From the NCBI GenBank assembly GCA_001179505.1, contig CDMY01000549.1, positions 1 through 53,565 on the forward strand: 53,565 nt of DNA. The letters are read 5' to 3'. Positions within the stretch are counted from its first letter, which is position 1. Each line of letters opens with the position of its first letter. Both the position numbers and the translations under genes were made by a program. The notes under the pieces were generated by a model. That model ran no database searches and was not told the origin of the DNA. It saw nothing but the letters and a program-made list of their open reading frames with translations. Of the stretch, positions 28,035 through 40,395 are shown in pieces. This stretch comes from Vitrella brassicaformis CCMP3155 (Eukaryota; Protista; Chromerida).

Positions 28035-29110
28035 TCAAAGGGCAGAACAGGCAAGTTTCGCTTGATCATCCACAAGCCAAGTGAAGTGATCAGTCTGTGG
28101 TGTGGGGCCTCTGTCTGTCACTTTTGTGGACTGAATGCGACTTTTGTGCCTGCATGGACTGTGATGTGTCTGTGGTGTGTGGCTGTGGCTGTATCCGTGG
28201 CTGTGACTGTGGGAGTGGTCGTGGCTGTGGTCTGAGTGAGGGAAAGGGACACACAGACAAACGACAGAGTGGCTGAGTAGCTTGGCTTTGTCTGTGTTGG
28301 TCGTCTGTTGGCTCACCGTGGCCTTCGTCGCCGTAGACGTGCACGTGGGATTTGCCCATCTGCAGAACGCACACACACAGGAAGGGCCTCTGTCTGAGTG
28401 TGTCTGTGTGTGTACGAGTTTGAAGAGGAGGAAGCTTAAGCACATGACGGCACACCGAACGCACACCAAAATCGACGACACGCGATTGCCTGACCTCACA
28501 CACACCCACCCCACACACAGAGGCCAAACTCTGTGTGCGTCACATGGTCACATCTGTGTCTGTGTGTGTGAGATACCGGGGTCGTATGAGCAGGCCGAGG
28601 GGATGAGACCGAAGACGGCGATGGCCACCATCCGAACAGCAAAATCGACAGGTGCGGCATCAAAATCAAATACGTCAGCACTGCCGCCAGCGGCTGCACA
28701 CACACACACACACACACTGGTTCGTGTCTCTGTTTTGTTGTGTGTCGACCGACCTGAGCGGCCTCCACGGCGGAGGCGATCCAGAAGGCCTTGTATAGCA
28801 CACACACCCACACCCCTCTCTGTCTGTGTGTGGTGGTGTGGTGTGTGTCATACAATGGCGATGGCGATGGCGATGGCGATGGCGATGCCGGCGGGTAAGT
28901 TGTGGAGATGCCCAACTCGGGAGACGCCACCGCAGCCATTAATGAGGTGATGCCCTCAGGGAAGCTGACACACAAACACAGAGAGAGAGTGAGATGCACA
29001 CACACACCTATGCAGTCGTGTCTTTCTCTCTGACGGTCTGTCTCATTTACTTGTGCAGGCCGAGGGCGATGGCCGTGAAGATGCCTTAATTGACAACCGG
29101 TGGGTAGGTC
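28035..29110 (-). pseudogene. Frameshifted ZIP (ZupT/GufA-like) metal transporter remnant with a His-rich tail
   Basis: Spliced fragments GIFTAIALGLHN|FPEGITSLMAAVASPELGIS, then in shifted frames HNLPAGIAIAIAIAIAIV*, AFWIASAVEAAQ|PLAAVLTYLILMPHLS, MVAIAVFGLIPSA, GNRVSSILVCVRCAVMCLSFLLF and MGKSHVHVYGDEGH|DHSHDHSHSHSH. At least two frameshifts and a stop. A possible N-terminal remnant (LGLSAASVM) lies near 29270-29316. Confidence 0.7.
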
Positions 29111-29350
29111 GATGCACACATTACATCACATCAGTCAGACACCCACTGTTTTGCTCCATTCTGTGTCTGTCGAGAGCTTTATGCGTCTGCTCTTTACTGA
29201 CAATGACATATGTCCGTAACTCTCGGCTTGTCACACAAACCCCACACCCCCTACACCCTCGAAGTCGCTTAAGACATCATGACAGACGCTGCCGAAAGAC
29301 CCAGACCAAGTGCACCATAGATAGAGCTACTTGATCCGCTTCACCACCGG

Positions 29351-30671
29351 TCAGACGGGCGTGCCCGACACTGGAGCCGTGTGGATGCTCAGACGGTATT
29401 TCCCTTCATCACTTGACAGTGACGCCACCACCAATCGGTTCTCTCCTGCCTGCAATGCACGCAGTATGCCTGCAAAAAGTGGTGCATACTGCTGCTCACC
29501 TTGAAGGTGACGTCGATCTGCACATTGTAATTCTGAGTGAATGCGTCGTCACCCAATGGCTGAGTGCAATGTGTGCTGACCAAAGCCACTGCCACTTGCC
29601 GAGCCTGCCGAGACACGAAAATAGACAGTGCATTCGGGACCTTTCTGTTTCTTGTGCGATTGCAAAATACCATATGAGACTCCAGGAGGATGACAGCACT
29701 GACATTCTCAGGGGTCGTTACGCAGTACTGGGGATTCTTGTTGATTTTGCGATCTCCTGGCGTCTCCGCCGTCCATTCGCCGTCGTGATACTGCGATATC
29801 CAGCCGGCAGGAATCAAAGGGTCCAATTCAAACAGCGAGGCCTTAACCGTCGAAAAGACACTCATTGTGAAGCAGAAGTCCTCCTGCATTTGGGAAACAC
29901 ACGTCTTCAGTATGAAAGCAAGACTCTTTCCTTTCTTTTCGCACCTTCCGTTTGTGCTGATCGACCACTTAATTCAAGAAAAGAATCAATGGGGGAGAAG
30001 GGAGAAAGGAAGAGTGCAAGAAAGGAAGGGTGAAGAAGACAGGGTACCAATCGTGTAGTTGAGATTCAAGTCTTTTCGCATCCAATCGTGCCTCTTGCGC
30101 CAAGGCAGTCGGAATTTGTCCAGTTTGATCATCAGGCTTGATGGTGCACCCAGCTCCGACCACCGAGAGCCGCCGGGCCTGAGCACCCGGTCGCTACCCT
30201 CGAAGATGTGAGTTGTGATAGAGATGCGCTTCTCCTTCTCCTCCTTGACCTGATCCGCGGCGCTGATGTGCCGATGCAGCTGCACCCATACTTCCACTTC
30301 ACCCACAGACAAGTCCTTGGTTGACGGCAGCAATGTAAGGGCGAACTGGGGGCTGAATGCCGACACTGTGCGTGCGGTGCTGATGAAGGCTGCTTGGCCC
30401 GTGGGATTGAAGCTGCACACACACACACATACGCACACACACGCACGCAGCCATCCAACCATCCACGCAGACAGACAGACATACAGACATACAGACACAC
30501 GGGCAGAGATAGCGAGAGAGTACCATGAGCGGATAAGGGCTCACCAAGAATGAATATCAACTCGATGAGGAAAGATGGAGGGGGGATGATAGGCTAGGGC
30601 GATGTCTTCGAAGTGCTTTGCTACGGCGTCCCATTCCATCCAAAAGCATCCATCGTCCTCTTTATGCTGCG

Positions 30672-30702
<31 letters not shown>

Positions 30703-33700
30703 GCGTGCGTGAAAAAGCACGACCTCTAAAATGTACCTTCTCTGGATTGTATTTCAGCTGGCTCTTCATTGCTGGAGTCCAAGAGAGCGGGTCGGACGAT
30801 CAGAATCTACCTTGCCAGCGCTTAGATCGCCATGGATTGCGGATGAACATCAGCCTGTGGCCCTCAGCTTCAGCCGCTTCAAGCACAGAGTATTCATGGC
30901 CTGAAACAAGGCCTGAACGTAACAATGGCATCCATCAGTGCATCTAAAAAGAGGTAGCCCTCTCTTGACCTACCAGTATTCCCTATGGCCTGCTCCATCA
31001 TTCCGCCTTTGAAACACGGAGTGCTTACACAGGCGACGGCTTTTCGGTCGCGCAAAAGTGGACAGATTTCTGCCTACAGCTGATCGACCGTCTTTCCTGT
31101 GAGCTTCAGCCTTTCAAAAGAGACGATTTCAGATATCCACCCAGAAAGTAAGTAGAGGTTGTCAGGCGCATGACTCCCATCGATCGACGCGTAGCCTCCC
31201 ATGGTCTTCGCATATGCCTTTTCGAACAGCGTCACCCAAAGCTGATTGGAGAGGGGAGCAGACGTCGCCGTCAACTTTTTTTGCAGTCTCTTCGTGAGAG
31301 TGGGGACGGTATCGTCAAGGACTACCTTTCTCGCCTCCCCGTTGAAGTACAATTTGATCACGTACTTGCCTTCAGGGCGAACGACGGGCTTCAGGCTGTC
31401 AGGTCGCTCTTTTGGGTAGATGCTCTTGGTCAAGATAGGCTTGCCGGTCTGCTCTTCACAGTTGGCCAGGGCAACAAGCGAGCTCAGGAATGCACAGTCT
31501 CCGACAGGCCCCTGCTTGACGCTGTCTGCCGATAAGAGGTCGGTGGCCACGACTGGATTACTGACGATCTCGGGGAGGTGTCTCCACATGTCGAAACCAG
31601 GCCGAAACTGTAAGTCCTTCCCATGGTCCCTCTGGCCTTTGGAAACTTTCCAGAGAGAAGTCCCCTTGGTTGCCTTCCCAGCCCTTGTCGACGAAGACTT
31701 GCGACGAGCTGTGGCTCGTGACAAGTAGGTCGGGATCCGTATCGCTCCAGACGGGGAAAGAATGGCCGCCGATATTGCTCCCTTCATCCAGAATATCGTT
31801 CTTGCTCTTCCGTCTCCGAAGCCAAGTCGGTACAATTATCGATCCTTGTTGCTCAACGGGAGAGACGGGAGCAGTCCGCAGGACAGATTGCAACTCAGCG
31901 ACTTGTCTTCCTATTTTTGGATTGGTCGCCGTGACGGGAATTCCTGCGAGGATCTTTTGGACGACGGGTCCATACGATTCAGACAAGCCGACAGCACGGC
32001 CGATTCTTCTGATGAAATATCCGCCCCCCAACGGAAGAGCCACCGAGTCGTAGATTCGATAGCAGTCCTTGCTGGAAATCGGCCCTTCTACCGGCGAGAG
32101 TGTAGAGCGCATCCATGGCGATAGCAGTCCAAGCATCTCAGGTTCGAGACGCATCATTGCCAAGTCAAAAGGTGTGCGACCTCCCTATAATCGAAACACC
32201 CAGCCTCACACTGCATTGCGGAGCTGTCAACCGTACCTCATCTGCTATGCGCAGAGCCTCTCCTTTGAGCCGCTTTAAGGGCTCCTCCACCAAGGGAACA
32301 TCAAGATTTGCAACTGCAAGATGAAAAGCTGTTTGTCCGTCCTGGCACGTGCACAAGAAAGCATCGTGGTCTGTTTTCATTAGCTGGGACATCCACACCT
32401 TTCTTTGCTGCTTGATGCTGCTTTCTGACGCGAGAAGAAGGATGATATCATCCTCCAAACAATCCTCCAAACAATTGACGAGGAGAGCAAGATGAAGAGG
32501 CAAATCACCGTCCTGCGATCGGCCAGCCAAAATGGCGAACGAGTGCTACCATGGCTCTCACATGATTCACCTTGTCTTTGGCATCTCGAAGCAGCTCGAG
32601 ACAGCCTTTTTCTGCAGCAGCGTCGACAAGGAGGCGAATACATTCACCTTTGCCGCATGCAGCCGCCACAGAGAGAGCCGTCTGCATAGCCTGAGGCAGA
32701 CAATCAAGCGCTGTCTATTTCCATTTGTGTCTTCCTGTGTCTCACGTCGTCTTGCGACAACAGAGCCTCTTTGTCCGCATGCTTAAGCAACTCTTCTACG
32801 GGTGACGGATTGCCAAAAGCCGCTGCCTCGTGCAGAGGAGTCCTTTTCTGAAACACCAGAGAAACCCAAGGAGCCAAGGCTCTCACTGTGTGCGACAATG
32901 CACCTACCTTGGTCTTGTTTTTGGTCTTGATGTTCCCTTCAGGAAGTAACAGACGAATACACTCCGTGTTTCCATTCGCAGCAGCATGATGCAGGGGAGA
33001 TTTTCCATCCTGCCCATCAGTGGCGTAGCCGTGAATGCCATGTATTTACGATGCATCCTTCTGGAGGCGCCCACCTCATCCTGTGTCCTGATGATGTGCA
33101 TGATATCGTTTTCACGAAGGTAACCAACTATTTGCTCCAACACGAAAGCGCGGTTGGCGAAGACGGCCCTCTGTAGCACAGTGTCATCATGCTAAAAAGG
33201 AAGAAGATCGTGGGCAAGTGGACAGAGCTAACAGAGAGTTCCCTCTCCCACCTGATCAATGTTCTCTGTGGAGGCCCGTGAGATAGGTCGCGCCGCTATT
33301 ACCACATCAAGCATCGCATCGACGTGTCTCCACCTGCCCTTCGCCATTGCACATTGCAGGGGCGTCAGCTTGAGGGAGCCTTTGCAGCTGATGCTCTCGG
33401 GCGTAGAGAGAAGGCGTGTGACGTCAATGGCCTCATCATCAATAGACAAGTGAAGCGCTGTGCTGCCATCCTGACACATGCAATAACCCACAGTGGCTCA
33501 GGATGGAAGGCGGATTTCATTGACATCACCTTTCTCGTCGCCAAGAGAAGCTCCCGCGACAGCAGTGAAGCTTCAGTGATGCTGTTCACCATTGCCGGCT
33601 GACGACTGAGTGCAGCCAGATGCAGAACTGTTTGCCCCGCCTGAAGAGGATCAAATCAATGAAATAGATGCGCGTCGACTTTGTGCGTGTGACGACGTTG

Positions 33701-34198
33701 TCTTGGATCGCCAAGGCGGATGGATCCGCGGCTTCGATGAGGACATTGGTCACGGCGGCATTTCCAACCTGCGCAGCCGCATGAAGCGGCGTCTTGAGGA
33801 CCTGCAATGGCAACAATCCAATGACACAAGGGGGAAGCAAGGCCCTCAGGGGAGCTCACGTCGTCTTGCTTGGAGATGTGATGACTGAGGCCGAGCGACA
33901 AGAGCGAGGCAACGACATCTTCCCTGTCCATCCTCACTGCCCAATGCAAAACGCTCCGGTTGCCCTGAACAAAAGTGCATGGGATGGCCATCCAACCAGC
34001 CAAGAGAGAGATGCGTGCTGGACACACGTGGCTGGGTTCGGCGTCATCGAGTAGCCGTCGTGCGTTCTGTCGCTGATCTGCTCCGCTTGATGAACTTCGA
34101 CTGAGCTGCTTCAGCCTCGAGAGAAGGGATGCAGGAGCCCCGCCCTGCTCGTGAAGCTCCACAACAAAGGCCAACACGGTAGCCACAGCCTCAGCCAT
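29351..34198 (-). pseudogene. Fusion of about 12 ankyrin repeats to a calpain-7/PalB-like protease (CysPc plus two domain-III-like regions); ankyrin half intact, protease half disrupted
   Basis: Phase-0 ankyrin exons splice in frame (IADE|GGRTPFDLA) into ILDEGSNIGGHSFPVW, QGPVGDCAFLSSL (Cys), WVTLFEKAYAK, LVSGHEYSVL (His), FIRNPW (Asn), DDGCFWMEW and NPQY. Lesions: a frame change near 31600-31690, TAG at 31074-31076 and TGA at 30800-30802. Confidence 0.78.
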
Positions 34199-37100
34199 GA
34201 TCAAATTCAGGTTGCGGCCCCCAGCCGGCCCCCACACGCCCTCTCCGACTCACTGGCAGTCCCCTTTCTCCCCGGGCCTCTCCAGTCCCCTTTCCCNNNN
34301 NNNNNNNNNNNNNNNNNNNNNNNNNNNNNNNNNNNNNNNNNNNNNNNNNNNNNNNNNNNNNNNNNNNNNNNNNNNNNNNNNNNNNNNNNNNNNNNNNNNN
34401 NNNNNNNNNNNNNNNNNNNNNNNNNNNNNNNNNNNNNNNNNNNNNNNNNNNNNNNNNNNNNNNNNNNNNNNNNNNNNNNNNNNNNNNNNNNNNNNNNNNN
34501 NNNNNNNNNNNNNNNNNNNNNNNNNNNNNNNNNNNNNNNNNNNNNNNNNNNNNNNNNNNNNNNNNNNNNNNNNNNNNNNNNNNNNNNNNNNNNNNNCCCC
34601 CCCCCCCCCCCCACCGTCCGTCATGCCGACTCCCATCTATGACTTCATCCAGGAGCATGAGCTCGAGTTCCAAGCCGGCCCAGACAGCTTCCTCGGTCAC
34701 CAAGAAAGCACAGATCAATTGCCTGTCATGGTCACCATCATGAAGACGGACGATGCATTGCTGCAGGTTCAGGAGCATTCGGATGCGTGGTGAAGGCCAA
34801 GTGGAACGGCAAACCTGTCGCTGTCAAGATACTGGTGAGAGTGGTTGTGCCGCAGGAAAAAGCCGCGGAAGCAGCAATGGATGGCTCTCACGATGCAGAA
34901 TCATGCGAATATTGAGGAGGTGAGGAAGGAGGTCCACGTGCTTTCACACGTTCAGCATCCCAACTTGATCAAGTTTCTCGGGCTGGCCGTGGCCGAGAAA
35001 AATGGGAAACTGATGATTGTCACAGGCACGCATCGCCCTCCCGTTCGTGAACTCTCCCACGATTGGCGCTTGCAATGTCTTGATGCCTCAGAGCACTGCA
35101 TTGGCGGCACATTGCATACATATTTGGCGGACCTCAAGGAGAGACTTGATGACAGCCTTCGGCAAAAGCTTGCCGTGCAGGTAACACAAAGAGAGGCGCA
35201 TCCCTGTTGATGCTTGATGGATGATGTGTACAGGTCTGCGAGGGCGTTGCTGCTCTTCACGCACACAAAGTCGTCCATCGCGACCTCAAGCCCGCTAACA
35301 TTCTCGTACGCAGCTCGAAGAGCCTGACTTCTCGTCAGATTCGATGTGTGTGCGCCTCAGGTGGATGGCCAAGGAGACGTCAAACTCTCCGACTTCGGCC
35401 TGGCGAGGTTTATAGAAGGCACGAGTCGGTCAGTGGCTATGGGTAAGAGAACAACATACGTAGCAAGAGACAGACAGGCAGACCGACAGGCCGACAGGCA
35501 GACAGGCGGGTGGACAGATAGAGAGACAGATAGAGATACACACAGAGAGAGACACCGACACACAGACACGGGCAGGCGGGCAATTTCAGGGCCTACGTGA
35601 CAGCGTTGTTTTTGTGTAGGGGCGGGCACACACGGCTTCATGGCGCCAGAGGCCTATGATCCAAGTAAGCAATGGCATATATATCGCCTCTCTTCTCATG
35701 GATCGTTGATCTGCCTGGCCTGCAGCGAAGCGGCTGACCCTCGCATCTGACATTTGGGGACTCGGAGGCATCCTGGTAGAGATTCTGGGAGGTAAGAGTG
35801 CAGTGTCCTTCTTGCCCTCTCAACCATTTTCTCTGTGCCTCCGCAGGGAAGAAACCCTTTCCTCAGTTGAGTGGACTGACACCGGAGCTGGCCATGGTGG
35901 AGGCCATGAGACTGTACAAGGAGAGAGTGAAGGTTCGTCTACAGTAGGAGATACTGTTCTGGACAGACTCATTGACAGCTTGTCTTAGCCTTATCCCCTT
36001 GTTTATTGACAGCCTGAGATCCCCACGGGCAAGCTGTTCCCTCCCCATGTCCGACAGATCATTGAGGTACACTGGACGAAATGGACAGCAAACTCCGTGT
36101 ACGCCGTCCCTGTGCAGAGATGTTTTGACTACGAACCGAGCAAGCGACCGACGGCCAAGGAGGTGCATCCGATATGAACGGGGACAATCGTGTACCTGTC
36201 ACCTGTGTCTTTCGTAGGTGCTGGATGCATTGAAGGGCCCACCCAGACCGGTGACACCGAATCCTCGGCCGATGGACAGCAACGAGGCGAGTAAGGCTGT
36301 ATCAAGCTTACGCCTCATCTGTGTGTATTAGCGATGGATCGCTCGGATAGCTTTTATGAGTCAGACACTATCACACTGCCGAAAAAGCCGATATCGGTGC
36401 CCGTCTCGCCCTCGCCTTCACCAGTGCCCAGAGAGGTGTGCGAAGCCTCTGTGCTTTCGCTCCGTGTCACCGATTGGCCTGACCCTGCTGCAGAAGGACA
36501 TCTTCGCTGCTGTGAAGGCTGACGATTTCGAATCTGTGACTCAGCTGCTTCAAGACCACGGAAAGTCAAAACTCGAGAAGCGAGACAATTCGAAAGTACG
36601 GGCAACTGTCACTGTCACCCGTCTGGGAGTGTTTGTTTGTTCCCGCAGAACACACCCTTCTTGATAGCTTCGGGAGAAGGCCACGACAAGATCATGCGGT
36701 TGATGTACGTCAAATATGGTGTACTGATTCTGAAGCAGAAGAACACACTGGATCAGTGGACTGCGATGCATTGGGCTGCTAGACATGACAGAGTCGAGGC
36801 TGTCATCTTGCTGCTTGAGTTAGGTGGCCCCGAACTCCTGTATGAATGCACCAAGGTAAGACAGGAGCGCTTGAAGTTTCGATGATCCCTTGTGGGCCAA
36901 TGGATTATTCCATTGCAGGATGGTGCAACGGCATTTCTGATCGCTGCCTTCCATGGCCATGTCCGTACCATGAAAGAGATGCATTCCACTGAAGGAGAGG
37001 CCCTTCTTCGTCAGAGCAATGTGAGACTCACTGTGAGACAGGCTTGTGACGCGTCTCATTCTCTCACTTCGTTCTATTGGTGTTTGTATCGCCAGCACTA

Positions 37101-39545
37101 TGGCGATACAGCGCTTCATGGGGCCGTTGAAGGAAGTCACTCTTCAGCAGTCACTCAGCTACTCGAATGGGATCCCTCCCTCCTTGAGATCAGAAACAAA
37201 AACGTAAAAGACAACGAAGAAAGAACATGAATCACGCATGTGATGGAACAGGGCAAAACGCCTTGGAATCTTGCCGCGGAGAAACCTGAAATCCAGCAGT
37301 CAATGGCCAAGTACAAGAGCTCCACCGAAGAGGTACTCATTGGCTCGCACGACAGCGACAACGCCATTTTTGAGGCCGCGAGGGCTGGTGATAGGGGGTC
37401 GGTGAGGGGCCTGCTTGCTAAACATGGACCGGAACTACTCGACAAGCAAGACAACTTGGGGGTACGACATTGTTATATGACTGAAGATCGCTGGCTCGTG
37501 TCTCCTCATTTGTGCGCTCGCGCAGGGCACTCCATTCATCATCGCTGCTCTGAAAGGACGTGTCGGTGTCATGCAAGTCATGTACAACGAATACGGCTCT
37601 TCTATCCTCCAGCAAACGAATACATCGGTACACATCCGAACGCTCTACATTGCTGCGAGATATGTTGGCTGTGATGTAATGCAGCATGGTGGTCCAGCCA
37701 TGCATTACGCTGCCATGTCCGGCCATGTTGGAGCTGTCGATCTACTTCTGAAGTGGAGTTCTCCGATGCTCTACGCGCACAACTCGGTAAGACACCGTAA
37801 CATGCATCCGAAAGCTCATGATACATTCCGCTCTCCGGCAGAGAGGCGACACGCCATTCATCTGTGCTGCCGCGAACGGACATCTGGAAGTGCTGAAGGC
37901 CATGCATGCCAAGGGGGGCAATGGCCTCCTCTCGCCGAAAGCCGTCGTAAAATACACGTGAAGACGCACACAATGGATGTCTTCGATATGCTCGGTTCGT
38001 TTTGTTTTCTGGTGTGTGACACACAAAGGACGGAAATACAGCACTCCATCATGCAGCAATAAATGCGCACCACACAGGCCACTCTGAAATTGTGGACCAG
38101 CTGTAAGAGACACAGATCAATGACGTCAATATCTCATCCTCTTTGTTTCCCTCTTTACCTGCTGCGAAGGCTCGAGTGGGCTGGGGCGGCTCTGCTGGAC
38201 ATCAAGAACAATTTGGCCAGTGCACATATATTCACATCATCGTGTGATGTGCTCATCTCATCTCATCTCATCTCATGGCAACAGGGGAAGACGGCGTGGG
38301 ATTTGGCGGAGAGAAAGCTTGAGATCAGAGAGATCATGGCGAAACACAAGGAGCAAAGAGGTCAGCGAGTCTGTTTGTCCTCGCATGAGAGACACATCAA
38401 GTGCATCCATTTCTGGTTGTGTGACAGGTGCAATGAAATACGTGAGAGGCCAAGTGACCTCTCCTAACGTCGAAGTGCCACGTGCCAACGAGTATTGTTC
38501 TTGTGCTGGTTGCGTCAGAGTGACATCTTTGAAGCTGTCAGAGCCAACGACGTCCAGTCCGTGGCCCACCTGATCGACACCGAAAAGGAGATACTCGACA
38601 AACGAGAAGAGGGCTACTTTAAGGCATGCAATCATGAAGGCGATGGAAGTTCAGTTGTCTGTTATCTTAATTCATGCCCGCAGCTCAAACCCTTCATCGT
38701 GGCTGCAAAGGAGGGTCACGTGGGCGTAATGTCGGTCATATACTGCAGCAAGCCTGACATACTGCAGCAAACAGACGTGGTACCAACACAGAGAAAGCAT
38801 TTTCTCTGCTGCTCTTGATAACGAGATGTGTTGGGTGTAATGGAATGCAGACCGGGTGGAATGCCATGCACATCGCTGCCAGGGAGGGCCATGCTGCGGC
38901 CGTCAAGCAGCTGCTGGAGTGGGATGCCAAACTCCTCTATTCATGCACTGCGGTAACAGAGCACATATGTCCCCGCCGCCTCAGCGTGTCGATTGTGTCT
39001 GTGTGTCGATTGCAGTCCGGCGAGACGCCATTGATGTTGGCCGCCCGCAATGGTCATGTGGATGTGATACAGGCAATGCATCGCAAAGCAGGGGGAAGAC
39101 ACGACCTACTCAAACAGAAGGACAATGTGACACCAATAGCCGAAAACACACGCAGAATGCCTCTCATCAGATCGGTTGCACTTGTGTGGGTGCATGACAC
39201 ACGCAGAATGGCGAGACGGCACTCCACTGTGCTGTATTCTGGGGCCACACAGAAGTTGTGTCTCAGCTGTGAGTCAAAACTCAATGACTGACCCAAGCAT
39301 CTCACCAACACACTCTCTGTGTGTGTCATTCTCAAAGGCTCGAGTGGGGCGGCGGTGTTCTGCTCGATATCAAAATCAAGACGGTGAGTGCACACAGACA
39401 ATCGATATCACACCATCGATGGTCGAGTGATATGCTCATCTCATGACGACAGGGGAAGACGCCATGGGACATATCCTTTCAACTTCAATGTCCCAGGGCG
39501 GCCAGGTCGGAGATTGAAGGGATCGTGAAAAAGTACAAGCGGTAG
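34197..39545 (+). CDS. TKL-like kinase with C-terminal ankyrin repeats (paralog 2, more ankyrin cassettes); N-terminus obscured by the gap
   Basis: [14 protein letters not shown]|[30 protein letters not shown], followed by three ankyrin cassettes. Exon-intron structure matches paralog 1. Stop TAG at 39543-39545. The start is uncertain: ATG 34197 or inside gap 34297-34596. Confidence 0.8.
34297..34596. other. Assembly gap (300 N)
   Basis: Run of N flanked by C-rich and poly-C sequence. Confidence 1.
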
Positions 39546-40395
39546 CCTTGTACTTGACGCCTTGTGAGACAACGATAGATTTTCTGGTCTGATGTGTGTG
39601 AAGTGTGTAAGGCCTTGTTTCTGTCTAGGGCCTGATAGACAGCAGCTGCCACTCTTGTCATGCGAGTGGCACACGGTGTGCTCATCGATCCGTGTGCAGC
39701 AGAAACCTTTGCACAAATCATGTCTGATGCGTCTCGATCGCGCACACAAATCTCACATCACATAAGAACACAGAAACAGACACCGACAGTGTCACCGTAT
39801 ATCTATTATTATGTCGGGTGTCGCTCGTCAGAGAAGTCGACTGTGATGTGATGTGCGCGTGAATGTCTCTCACAGACCCACGCTATGTAATTAGCAAAGG
39901 TGTCTCTGAGTGGATCTGCACAGAAACACAGACATCAAGGTCATGACACAGCGCCATGCCATTCATCTGCATGTGTGACATGGCCGACTGTTATGTATCT
40001 TTGATGTGTCACTCCAAGGGAGTAAGTGCATGGAGGACCCCATTCATTCGTTCATTCGTAATGTCTCGTACATGTGCGCTTGTGTCCTCCGTCGAGGCAT
40101 CAAGCAGAAGAAACACACATGCTTACCATCACATGCATGCGCATGGCCGGAAAGATCGAAAAATAGACCATAAATACAAGCACACAAAACGCACACTGGC
40201 GTGTGATCCAAAAAGCAAGTAAGGGAGGAAGAAAGGGAGCGAGAAAAAGGAAACGAAAAAGATCTGTACCCACGACCGCCGCTCACGAAAAACATTCCAA
40301 AGTACGACAAGAACGAACACAACACTGAAGACCAAAAAGATGGATGGCAAGGCAGCGGCGCACATGACAGTACAGACCCGTGAATCGACGGTGTC

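Noticed and set aside
30800-31076. Stop-codon reassignment or readthrough rescuing the calpain
   Set aside because: Two different stops (TAG and TGA) plus a frame change are involved, and neighbouring genes use TAG and TGA as normal terminators.
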